DNA of 64,000 bases from Antedon mediterranea (lineage: Eukaryota > Animalia > Echinodermata), in contig NC_092677.1 in the NCBI RefSeq assembly GCF_964355755.1, positions 13,042,101-13,106,100 of the forward strand, read 5' to 3'. The first letter of the stretch is position 1, and each line of letters begins with the position of its first letter. Position numbers and translations under genes: made by a program. The notes beneath the pieces are model-generated. The model did not search any database, was not told the DNA's origin, and saw only the letters and a list, made by a program, of their open reading frames with translations. Below, piece by piece: positions 26,601 to 38,600 of this stretch.

Positions 26601-29600
26601 TTGGGATGTTCCATTCATCGCAAATCAATACATTTGTATAATCGTATATTAAATCTATCAAAATAGTATTTTTTAAAGAAAATCGGCCTGTCTTCAACAT
26701 TATGATGGTGTACTCTAGCTGTTCAACCGGTTTTCAGCTATTAAAAACAATTATCGTAGGAGGAGATAGAAAAATGCGAAGCCTCCTCGCATTTTTTTGG
26801 CGGGTATTTTTCAAGACGGACATCCATTAGACAGTGTATACCACGATCGGAAAACACCCCTATTTGGGGCAAATCGTTTAACCTAAATTCGTTTTAATCG
26901 TCAATAACTAATTATTTAACTCAATTTAATTAGTAAACAGGGTTACATCAGGCGGTTAAAATCAGTACCGAAAGTACGAACCAACTTTACATACCATCGA
27001 GTGAAAATTCTAGAAGTAAGGCGCGATTTACCGAATTTTGCCCTTACGTAAATTTATATATAGATTTTGAAAAAATCCCTGTACTAAAGTATAGGGAAAT
27101 TTTCGAAAAATTGCCAATTTTCGACCCTTTTATTTGTTGACATAAATGGTTACTATAGCACAATAAACATGCGCAGAGTCGAATAATGCGTTCTGCACAT
27201 GTAAATAGTGTTACTATACTAACCACTTTTGACATAAATGGTTACTATAGCATAATAAACATGCGCAGAGTCGAATAATGGGTTCTGCACATGCCAATTG
27301 TACTATAATAACAAGTTTTATTGAAAAATAAAAAGATCGAAAATTAGTCATTTTTTGAAAAAAATTCCTGTACAGGGAAATTTTCGAAAAATGGCAAATT
27401 TTTGACCCTTTTATTTGTTGACATAAATGGTTACTATAGCATTATAAACATGCGCAGAGTCGAATAATGCGTTCTGCGCATGTCAATTGGCTATAGTAAC
27501 CACTTTTGACATAAATGGTTACTATAGCATAATAAACATGCGCAGAGTCGAATAATGGGTTCTGCACATGCCAATTGTACTATAGTAACAAGTTTTATTG
27601 AAAAATAAAAAGGTCGAAAATTAGTAATTTGTACTATAGTATTGGGAATTTTTCGAAAAATGGTCAATTTTCGACCCTTTTATTTGTTGACATAAAAATT
27701 GTTACTATAGCATTATAAACATGCGCAGAGTCGAATAATGGGTTCTGCGCATGTCAATTGGCTATAGTAACTACTTTTGACATAAATGGTTACTATAACA
27801 TAATAAACATGTGCAGAGTCGAATAATGGGTTATGCGCGTGCTAATTGTACTATAGTAACAAGTTTGATCGAAAAATAAAAGGTCGAAAATTTGTCATTT
27901 TTTGAAAAAATCCCTGTACTATAGTACAGGAAAATTTTCGAAAAATGGCCAATTTTCGACCCTTTTATTTGTTGACATAAATGGTTACTATAGCATTATA
28001 AACATGCGCAGAGTCGAATAATGCGTTCTGCGCATGTCAATTGGCTATAGTAACCACTTTTGACATAAATGGTTACTATAGCATAATAAACATGCGCAGA
28101 GTCGAATAATGGGTTCTGCGCATGCCAATTGTACTATAGTAACAAGTTTTATCGAAAAGTAAAAAGGTCGAAAATTAGTCATTTTTTGAAAAAATCCCTG
28201 TACTATAGTAGGCCTACAGGGAAATTTTCGAAAAATGGCCAATTTTCGACCCTTTTATTTGTTGACATAAATGGTTACTATAGCATAATAAACATGCGCA
28301 GATTCGAATAATGCGTTCTGCGCATTTCAATTGGCTATAGTAACCACTTTTGACATAAATGGTTACTATAGCATTATAAACATGCGCAGAGTCGAATAAT
28401 GGTTTCTGCACATGCCAATTGTACTATAGTAACAAGTTTTATTGAAAAATAAAAAGGTCGAAAATTTGTCATTTTTTGACAAAATCCCTGTAATATAGTA
28501 CAGGGAAATTTTCGAAAAATGGCCAATTTTCGACCCTTTTATTTGTTGACATAAATGGTTACTATAGCATAATAAACATGCGCAGAGTCGAATAATGGGT
28601 TCTGCGCATGCCAATTGTACTATAGTAACAAGTTTTATCGAAAAATAAAAAGGTCGAAAATTAGTCATATTTTGAAAAAATCCCTGTACTATAGTCCAGA
28701 AAATTTTTGAAAAATGGCCAATTTTCGACCCTTTTATTTGTTGACATAAATGGTTACTATAGCATTGTAAACATGCGCAGAGTCGAATAATGGGTTCTGC
28801 GCATGCCAATTGTACTATAGTAACAAGTTTTATCGAAAAATAAAAAGGTCGAAAATTTGTCATTTTTTGACAAAATCCCTGTAATATAGTACAGAGAAAT
28901 TTTCGAAAAATGGCCAATTCTCGATCCTTTTATTTTTTGACATTAATGGTTACTATAGCATAATAAACATGCGCAGAGTCGAATAATGGGTTCTGCGCAT
29001 GCCAATTGTACTATAGTAACAAGTTTTATCGAAAAATAAAAAGGTCGAAAATTAGTCATATTTTGAAAAAATCCCTGTACTATAGTCCAGAAAATTTTTG
29101 AAAAATGGCCAATTTTCGAACCTTTTATTTGTTGACATAAATGGTTACTATAGCATTGTAAACATGCGCAGAGTCGAATAATGGGTTCTGCGCATGCCAA
29201 TTGTACTATAGTAACAAGTTTTATCGAAAAATAAAAAGGTCGAAAATTTGTCATTTTTTGACAAAATCCCTGTAATATAGTACAGGGAAATTTTCGAAAA
29301 ATGGCCAATTTTCGACCCTTTTATTTGTTGACATAAATGGTTACTATAGCATTATAAACATGCGCAGAGTCGAATAATGCGTTCTGCACATGTAAATAGT
29401 GTTACTATAGTAACCACTTTTGACATAAATGGTTCCTATAGCATAATAAACATGCGCAGAGTCGAATAATGGGTTCTAAACATGCCAATTGTACTATAAT
29501 AGCAAGTTTTATTGAAAAATAAAAAGGTCGGAAATTAGTCATTTTTTGAAAAAATCCCTGTACTATAGTACAGGGAAATTTTCGAAAAATTATAACCATG

Positions 29601-32600
29601 CGCAGAGTCGAATAATGGGTTCTGCGCATGCCAATTGTACTATAGTAACAAATTTTATTTGACATTAATGGTTACTATAGCATAATAAACATGCGCAGAG
29701 TCGAATAATGGGTTATGCGCGTGCTAGTAACAAGTTTTATCGAAAAATAAAAAGGTCGAAAATTAGTCATATTTTGAAAAAATCCCTGTACTATAGTACA
29801 GGAAAATTTTCGAAAAATGGCCAATTTTCGACCCTTTTATTTGTTGACATAAATGGTTACTATAGCATTATAAACATGCGCAGAGTCGAATAATGCGTTC
29901 TGCGCATGTCAATTGGCTATAGTAACCACTTTTGACATAAATGGTTACTATAGCATTATAAACATGCGCAGAGTCGAATAATGTGTTCTGCGCATGCCAA
30001 TTGTACTATAGTAACAAGTTTTATCGAAAAATAAAAAGGTCGAAAATTTGTCATTTTTTGAAAAAATCCCTGTAATATAGTACAGGGAAATTTTCGAAAA
30101 ATGGCCAATTTTCGACCCTTTTATTTGTTGACATAAATGGTTACTATAGCATAATAAACATGCGCAGAGTCGAATAATGGGTTCTGCGCATGCCAATTGT
30201 ACTATAGTAACAAGTTTTATCGAAAAATAAAAAGGTCGAAAATTTGTCATTTTTTGACAAAATCCTTATAATATAAGTACAGGGAAATTTTCGAAAAATG
30301 GCAAATTTTCGACCCTTTTATTTGTTGACATAAATGGTTACTATAGCATAATAAACATGCGCAGAGTCGAATAATGCGTTCTGCGCATGTCAATTGGCTA
30401 TAGTAACCACTTTTGACATAAATGGTTACTATAACATAATAAACATGCGCAGAGTCGAATAATGGGTTATGCGCGTGCCAATTTTACTATAGTAACAAGT
30501 TTTATCGAAAAATAAAAAGGTCGAAAATTAGTCATATTTTGAAAAAATCCCTGTAATATAGTACAGGGAAATTTTCAAAAAATGGTCAATTATCGACCCT
30601 TTTATTTGTTGACATAAAAATTGTTACTATAGCATTATAAACATGCGCAGATTCGAATAATGCGTTCTGCGCATGTCAATTGGGTATAGTAACCACTTTT
30701 GACATAAATGGTTACTATAGCATAATAAACATGCGCAGAGTCGAATAATGGGTTCTGCGCATGCCAATTGTACTATAGTAACAAGTTTTATCGAAAAATA
30801 AAAAGGTCGAAAATTTGTCATTTTTTGACAAAATCCCTGTAATATAGTACAGGGAAATTTTCGAAAAATGGCCAATTTTCGATCCTTTTATTTTTTGACA
30901 TTAATGGTTACTATAGCATAATAAACATGCGCAGAGTCGAATAATGGGTTCTGCGCATGTCAATTGTACTATAGAAACCACTTTTGACATAAATGGTTAC
31001 TATAACATAATAAACATGCGCAGAGTCGAATAATGGGTTCTGCGCATGCCAATTGTACTATAGTAACAAGTTTTATCGAAAAGTAAAAAGGTCGAAAATT
31101 AGTCATTTTTTGAAAAAATCCCTGTACTATAGTACAGGGAAATTTTCGAAAAATGGCCAATTTTCGACCCTTTTATTTGTTGACATAAATGGTTACTATA
31201 GCATAATAAACATGCGCAGAGTCGAATAATGCGTTCTGCGCATGTCAATTGGCTATAGTAACCACTTTTGACATAAATGGTTACTATAGCATTATAAACA
31301 TGCGCAGAGTCGAATAATGTGTTCGGCGCATGCCAATTGTACTATAGTAACAAGTTTTATCGAAAAATAAAAAGGTCGAAAATTTGTCATTTTTTGACAA
31401 AATCCCTGTAATATAGTACAGGGAAATTTTCGAAAAATGGCCAATTTTCGATCCTTTTATTTTTTGACATTAATGGTTACTATAGCATAATAAGCATGCG
31501 CAGAGTCGAATAATGGGTTCTGCGCATGTCAATTGTACTATAGAAACCACTTTTGACATAAATGGTTACTATAACATAATAAACATGCGCAGAGTCGAAT
31601 AATGGGTTCTGCGCATGCCAATTGTACTATAGTAACAAGTTTTATCGAAAAGTAAAAAGGTCGAAAATTAGTCATTTTTTGAAAAAATCCCTGTACTATA
31701 GTACAGGGAAATTTTCGAAAAATGGCCAATTTTCGACCCTTTTATTTGTTGACATAAATGGTTACTATAGCATAATAAACATGCGCAGAGTCGAATAATG
31801 CGTTCTGCGCATGTCAATTGGCTATAGTAACCACTTTTGACATAAATGGTTACTATAGCATTATAAACATGCGCAGAGTCGAATAATGTGTTCTGCGCAT
31901 GCCAATTGTACTATAGTAACAAGTTTTATCGAAAAATAAAAAGGTCGAAAATTTGTCATTTTTTGACAAAATCCCTGTAATATAGTACAGGGAAATTTTC
32001 GAAAAATGGCCAATTTTCGATCCTTTTATTTTTTGACATTAATGGTTACTATAGCATAATAAACATGCGCAGAGTCGAATAATGGGTTCTGCGCATGTCA
32101 ATTGTACTATAGTAACCACTTTTGACATAAATGGTTACTATAACATAATAAACATGCGCAGAGTCGAATAATGGGTTCTGCGCATGCCAATTGTACTATA
32201 GTAACAAGTTTTATCGAAAAATAAAAAGGTCGAAAATTAGTCATTTTTTGAAAAAATCCCTGTACTATATAGTACAGGGAAATTTTCGAAAAATGGCCAA
32301 TTTTCGACCCTTTTATTTGTTGACATAAATGGTTACTATAGCATAATAAACATGCGCAGAGTCGAATAATGCGTTCTGCGCATGTCAATTGGCTATAGTA
32401 ACCACTTTTGACATAAATGGTTACTATAGCATTATAAACATGCGCAGAGTCGAATAATGTGTTCTGCGCATGCCAATTGTACTATAGTAACAAGTTTTAT
32501 CGAAAAATAAAAAGGTCGAAAATTTGTCATTTTTTGACAAAATCCCTGTAATATAGTACAGGGAAATTTTCGAAAAATGGCCAATTTTCGATCCTTTTAT

Positions 32601-33110
32601 TTTTTGACATTAATGGTTACTATAGCATAATAAACATGCGCAGAGTCGAATAATGGGTTCTGCGCATGTCAATTGTACTATAGTAACCACTTTTGACATA
32701 AATGGTTACTATAACATAATAAACATGCGCAGAGTCGAATAATGGGTTCTGCGCATGCCAATTGTACTATAGTAACAAGTTTTATCGAAAAATAAAAAGG
32801 TCGAAAATTAGTCATTTTTTGAAAAAATCCCTGTACTATATAGTACAGGGAAATTTTCGAAAAATGGCCAATTTTCGACCCTTTTATTTGTTGACATAAA
32901 TGGTTACTATAGCATAATATAATATAGCGTTCTGCGCATGTCAATTGGCTATAGTAACCACTTTTGACATAAATGGTTACTATAGCACAAAAAACATGCA
33001 CATGTATAGTAACCAATTATGTTAGAAAATTTGCCATTTTTTAAAATCTCCCCTGTAGCCTACAGGATTTTTTTTCAAAAAATGGGCAAATTTCGACCTT
33101 TCTATTTTTT
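23625..33110. repeat. Complex satellite array of palindromic modules with higher-order periodicity, split by a Helitron
   Basis: Module A (GTTACTATAG...ATGCGCAGA...TCTGCGCAT...CTATAGTAAC) and module B (palindrome centred on CCCTGTACTATAGTACAGGG) occur in AB and AAB units. Equivalent ORF ends recur at 30969, 31538, 32107 and 32678 (spacing 569, 569, 571). Confidence 0.95.
24508..27064 (-). mobile_element. Non-autonomous Helitron (2557 bp)
   Basis: On the minus strand it begins TC(TATATATAAA) and ends with a GC-rich hairpin and CTAG. It sits between A and T with no TSD; removal restores the satellite sequence AGTCATA|TTTTGAAAAAATCCC. Confidence 0.9.
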
Positions 33111-33504
33111 TATTATAAAATACGATATTTTAAATCCGTATTCTCTTGCTCAACAGAAACATGCACATAGACAAAGAAAAACTAAAGGAAACTAATTCTA
33201 ATCACAGGCTATCATTTTATTGTTCTACAGGAAAAAGTGCATAATTCAATAGTGTATGAAAGACAAATAGCAAATACCCAAAAACATCGATAAAAAGACA
33301 CCATCAAATACGTGACATGACCCCCCCAATTTGTATGACTTTGAAGTTTTTTTTCTTAAAACAGTCCACTGTTCACATAACTGTATTTGAACTGTATTAT
33401 GTGAACGTTGTCCTAACTTTTACTGCGGTTCTTGAATGTATTGATCTATTTAAAATGCGATCTTTTTTGCCATTTGCTTCTGTTGTAGAGGCACATTAGA
33501 AATT

Positions 33505-33605
33505 GTAACCAATTGTTTATATACATTTTGCCGTACACCACGTATTAGCAGTTCCTTTCAAAACTGCTTACGTGGTGTACTGCAAACTATATCAACAATT
33601 GTAAT
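33505..33605. repeat. Short fold-back (hairpin) element
   Basis: AATTGTT...TTTGCCGTACACCACGTATTAGCAGTT / AACTGCTTACGTGGTGTACTGCAAA...AACAATT. Confidence 0.7.
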
Positions 33606-34894
33606 CACACATTTACACAGCATCTGATATTTACTTTAATCGGATGATACACAATTGTACATTTGTTGTACAGTCTTATAATCAAGTAATAACTGAATGA
33701 CGTTAACCGTTTATACCATGATGTAACGTAAAGTACAGTGCAATTTGTGTTGCATAAATGCCATTACACGAAATTGCGTTGTCTATGTAAATAGCGTTAC
33801 GCGATACAAATTGCGCGAACCAGCACAATAGATTTATAACCTATCTTTATTTAAAGCAGGCAATTGTATTTTAAATAATAATAATGATAATAATAATACA
33901 TTTAAGATGTAAATAGTTAATATAACAAGTTCAGTAACATTTGCATTAATATTATATATATATATACATTTAAATTTAAGTAATGTTCAATTGTTTATTT
34001 TATCTAATAATTATGAATTCATTAAAATCTTGTAACTAATCTATATTTTCTACACGGTTTGATTTGTTCTGCTGCACGTTTTGTGTCTTATATTGTTGAT
34101 GTCTGCTAAACCACTGTACATAATCTTCTTGGTGGTAAGTTTATATATTTCTAATGAACACTAGCACTTAATTAAGTATTGTTACAATTTCGTATTACAA
34201 AAACATTAAGAATGAAGGGATTAATATTGATTATTTGCATTTCTTAATTCATATGTGGAACTAGCGTTTATAATTATTATAAAGTTATATAGACAAAAAC
34301 AAATTCAGTATTGCACTTAATGGCCTTCATATGTTATAATTGGATACAATTATGTTCAATTATTATAACAACACGTAGAAATATGAATGAGAATCTATCT
34401 AACGTTGATACACAGGAAAACTAATTTAACATCAAAATAAAAAATCGAAAAACTCAAACATTTTTTTAAGAGTTTCAGAAACATAGTAAAATAATGCAGT
34501 TACTTAGATTCGACGTGGTATTTATATATTTCAATTCAACTAACCACTCCTGATTACCAGTTTAATACTTTACAATACCGTAATACTAATTTACCAAAGA
34601 TACAATTCTATAAAAACTACGAGTTAGCTGAAATCAAGACAAGTTTATACAGTACACGTTAGATTTATAAGCAATTTTTTAAACTCCAAAGAGACACAGC
34701 CCAGGGGCAATAAAATAATCTCTGTAAATGGCAATGCAACTGTCAAAATATGCTATTATTATGCGGTTATTCTAATAGTACCATTATCGGGTGATAATAA
34801 AAATAAAATAACAATTTTGAGATGAAGTACCGTGCTATGGTCTGCTACTGTTAAACTTGTCATGATATCTGTACTTGCCTAATGTCGATTTAAC

Positions 34895-35059
34895 CTATAG
34901 GAGGAAAACAGCTCTCAGTTCTTCCAGGTCAAACGAACCACTTTTATCTCGGTCGTAGAATTCAACTAAAAAATCAGCCCAATCTTGTATCTCTTTATCA
35001 GTCATCTTTGGATGGCACTTTGGCGGGGACTTGGGCTGAGATTCCGACTGTGACTCGGG
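34895..35059 (-). CDS. Putative alternative terminal exon of the calbindin-like gene encoding an alternative EF-hand 6
   Basis: Phase-0 acceptor ataacacag| then PESQSESQPKSPPKCHPKMTDKEIQDWADFLVEFYDRDKSGSFDLEELRAVFLL*, with a canonical EF loop DRDKSGSFDLEE. Confidence 0.72.
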   Translation of the reverse strand, partial: PESQSESQPKSPPKCHPKMTDKEIQDWADFLVEFYDRDKSGSFDLEELRAVFLL

Positions 35060-35645
35060 CTGTGTTATTATACAACAGATAGTCATGTTTATTTGTATTT
35101 AGTGTTTGCTAATGTGTAGACACGAACATGTACTATATCTCATAAATACCACAGCACTAATTAAATTTCTTATAAAATCAGTTAAAAAAGAACAAATTTC
35201 GACATTGAAATTAAATTGATTAAAATGTTAGATAAGAACAACAATATAAATTATTTTCAATTTTATCCCATATAATGAGATAAAAAGCACCCAATTTCAA
35301 AAACAAAACCACTACACACTTACAAGGACCATATCTCTCAAGGTGGAAAATATCTTGGCGGGTTAGAGGAATTTAATTATGAATACTTATTCAAAGAAGC
35401 AATGTTAATGTAATGTAAGCATAATCGACGTTTATAATAAAATCCCACTAGAAATTGTCAAGAATAAGCCAATTCATTTACGTAATATATTATGGTAAAA
35501 TTACAGAATCCCTTTATTGTTTGTATAATATACGACCATTACTATCCCAATATACAAATAAGAATAAGCATAGAAACATTGATTGTTAGTAGAACACAAA
35601 CATATACTGTACTGAACGATTCACTGTTTCTTGTTCACAAACACA

Positions 35646-38600
35646 TTAGGTACACAAGACCAAAATAAGCTCGTCTTTCTGAATTTTGCCATCATGATTG
35701 ACGTCACAGATATTCAGCAACATTTTTGCGTTTTCTTCGAGACTCTTTATGTTGATTTCCTGAGAATATAGAGAATAATTTCTAAGCCCTTAGAGCAACA
35801 CAGCATACCTTTGTGGTACCGTGATGACTCGATATTTGACTATAGTGCTCGCTACCTTAAGCAATGGTTTGTGCCGAGAATGGTAGAAATTATTGACCAC
35901 GAATTGTAGATGTAAACACTATAGAGGGTAAACGTTACAGTATGAGGAGGAGGAGGAGATGATAGCCTCAAAAGTAAAACAAGCGCATTTAACAAAAAAA
36001 GGGGATGGCAATAGGTCTATGACTAAAAGATATGTTATTTCAGATAAATAGATAGATAAATAGAAAACCCTGTTTTATATAGTTTATATACATACTGATG
36101 AAGGGCTAGTTTGTCTGATTCTGCTTCGTGAATAAAATACTGAAAGATGAGGGCGTATCAAATTGATCTCTGGTGCGCGTGCGTACAATTGAGGGCCCTA
36201 GTGCTGTTCCGTCGTACCACGCCGAGAATGTTAAAGAGTCGCTATTCAATCAAGTTTTAACAATACAATGAAAGCAGATTTCCTCATCTTTATCGTTTCA
36301 AATTAATTAATTAAATTCCAGTGTATCACCGGGCAGTTTAAAATTAATGTTCTATGCCTGATGTGCTTGTTAAATTAATCGTATCTACTTTTTGTCCAAA
36401 TACGCTCACTTGCACTGGCTGTTTTACTTTATCGTTTTGATTTAGGTTTATTTTATTTTGTATCTCCATTGAGATCTAGCCACTGATATCCACAGCATTT
36501 TCATTATTTTCAGTAATTTGCCTTTGGATATATATATATATATCCAATATGTTTTAATAGTGTAGGAGATTGATAAAGAACTGTGATGTAAATGGTATAC
36601 AAAATTAGGTGCAGAAAAATCAACAAAACAAACAAAAGCAAAAAAATAAAAACAAGAACAAAGAAGTGCACACTATCCTCAACACGACAAAATCAATCGA
36701 TTTTTATTTTCTACAAAACTAGTTCTTGTAGAACAAAAATGTCTTGTTTTTCTTTGTTCTTTTGTCGTAGAAAAAGATAGATTGCATGCAATAAATTAAA
36801 GGTATCATTGAAGCGAATGACTGTTATGGTCATCTTACATTTTATTCAATATACACTTTGATCAATTGTTGTTATTATAACAAGGCAACAATAGAATTAG
36901 TGCAAAAGCCACGACTAAGCAGTTACTAAGATATTAAACGACATTTTATCAGATGGTTTTATAATTAAAAATCCGTTATTATTTGGAAACCATTTACCAA
37001 CTATATCAGAAAACGCATATGATACTAGGGAAGTGTGAAATTAATTTCTCTCTTCCCTGATCGAAATCAATTTAGAGTTTAATATCTTAGATCTGATTGA
37101 TTATATAAACATACAATTTAAAATGTTACTATTATTCGTTTTTATTGATTAAAATAAGCATAATTTTATTTCAGTCTGTATACCTTAATAGCTTTAAATT
37201 TGTCTACTTACTTCATCCTCCTCATGCTCCATTAGGTCTTTGAGAAATCCTTTAAGTTCATCACCTTCAATCATACCGTTACCATCCTGTCAAAGAAAAT
37301 GTTCAGTATCAACAAAAACCAGTAATAAACCCAACTGAATGTTGCCTACCCTCTATAGTAAAATCATGAACCTACTCTGTGTGAAATATTTAGGGCTATG
37401 CCAGAACCGTATATTGTCTGCCTTCTATAGTATAATCATGACCCTACTAGTTTGTGCTATGCCAGAACACAGAGCCATATATAATTATAAAGAGTTACGG
37501 CATTGCGTTCATTTTAGAAAGTCACGTGGGGTGCACGCTGGCCATGTTTGTGTCCAACCATGGAGAAATAAGTATTTCTCCATGGTCCAACTATGCCTAT
37601 GTAGAGTGTGGATTCGAGTCATTTTCTTTTAAAATGTATAACTTTCACAAGGCTTTAAATATCGAATTTAAGATCAAACAATCAATTTGTTGTAAAAACA
37701 ATGCATTACTATATAGAATCGCTGTACAAACTAAACACGCACGATAGTCTTTTAAACGTTATACATTTTTAAAACAAAGGACTTAACATCATACTCTACA
37801 TAGGAATAGTTGGACACAAACATGGCTTCTAATCCATTCAAAGTCATAACTCTTTATAATTATATATGGCTCTGCCAGAACAGGATGGGAGTAGTCTGCC
37901 CTCTATAGTATAATCATGAATGACCTACTCTGTGTAAACTATTTAGTGGTATGCCAGAACCGGATGTAGTCTGCCCTCTATAGTATTATCATGAATGACC
38001 TACTCTGTATCTTATTTTATTTATTTATTTATTTTATTTTATTTCATACTCATCCAACAGCGAGTAACCCGCCAATTACAGGATGGATAAACTATTTAAT
38101 AATTTCACAAGACAAACATAAACACAAGATGCTCTACATAAACAAAGTGTACATTATCTTTGTCTGTATGAACTATTTAGTATGCCAGAACCGGATGTAG
38201 TCTGCCCTCTATTTGTATAATCATGAGTTACCTATTACGTTCAAGTAAATAATATGAAACAACAAAAATATACAGACACTCTATTGTAGGCCCATGGAGG
38301 TATAAAAATAGATACCTCTATGGTAGGCCTATCACATACCCTGTCATAGTGATTGAAGACGTTTTCAAAGTCTTGCTTGTTCAGTTTTGTTTTCCCCTGT
38401 AAATAAATGAATCCATGTTTAACGATATTCAATAGGTAGTAGTATAATTGTAAGTAAATAGAGTCATTTTCAAAAAACATATTCCCATGGTGTGTCGAGA
38501 TTTATATCATAATTATTAATTAAATATTTGTTTTTTTAACGGTATGTTTATTTTTAAAGAATGTAAATTTATGCCAGAAGAGTAACATCATAATGCAATT

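Noticed and set aside
23577-33016. Family of repeated Cys-rich ORFs (MAIFRKFPCT...), or a repeat-spacer array
   Set aside because: Satellite translations with frequent frameshifts; the intervening segments are themselves repeated, not unique spacers.
34895-35086. Independent 63-aa single-EF-hand gene
   Set aside because: The N-terminal MTICCIITQ overlaps an acceptor-like intron end; an alternative last exon of the adjacent gene is more parsimonious, though not proven.
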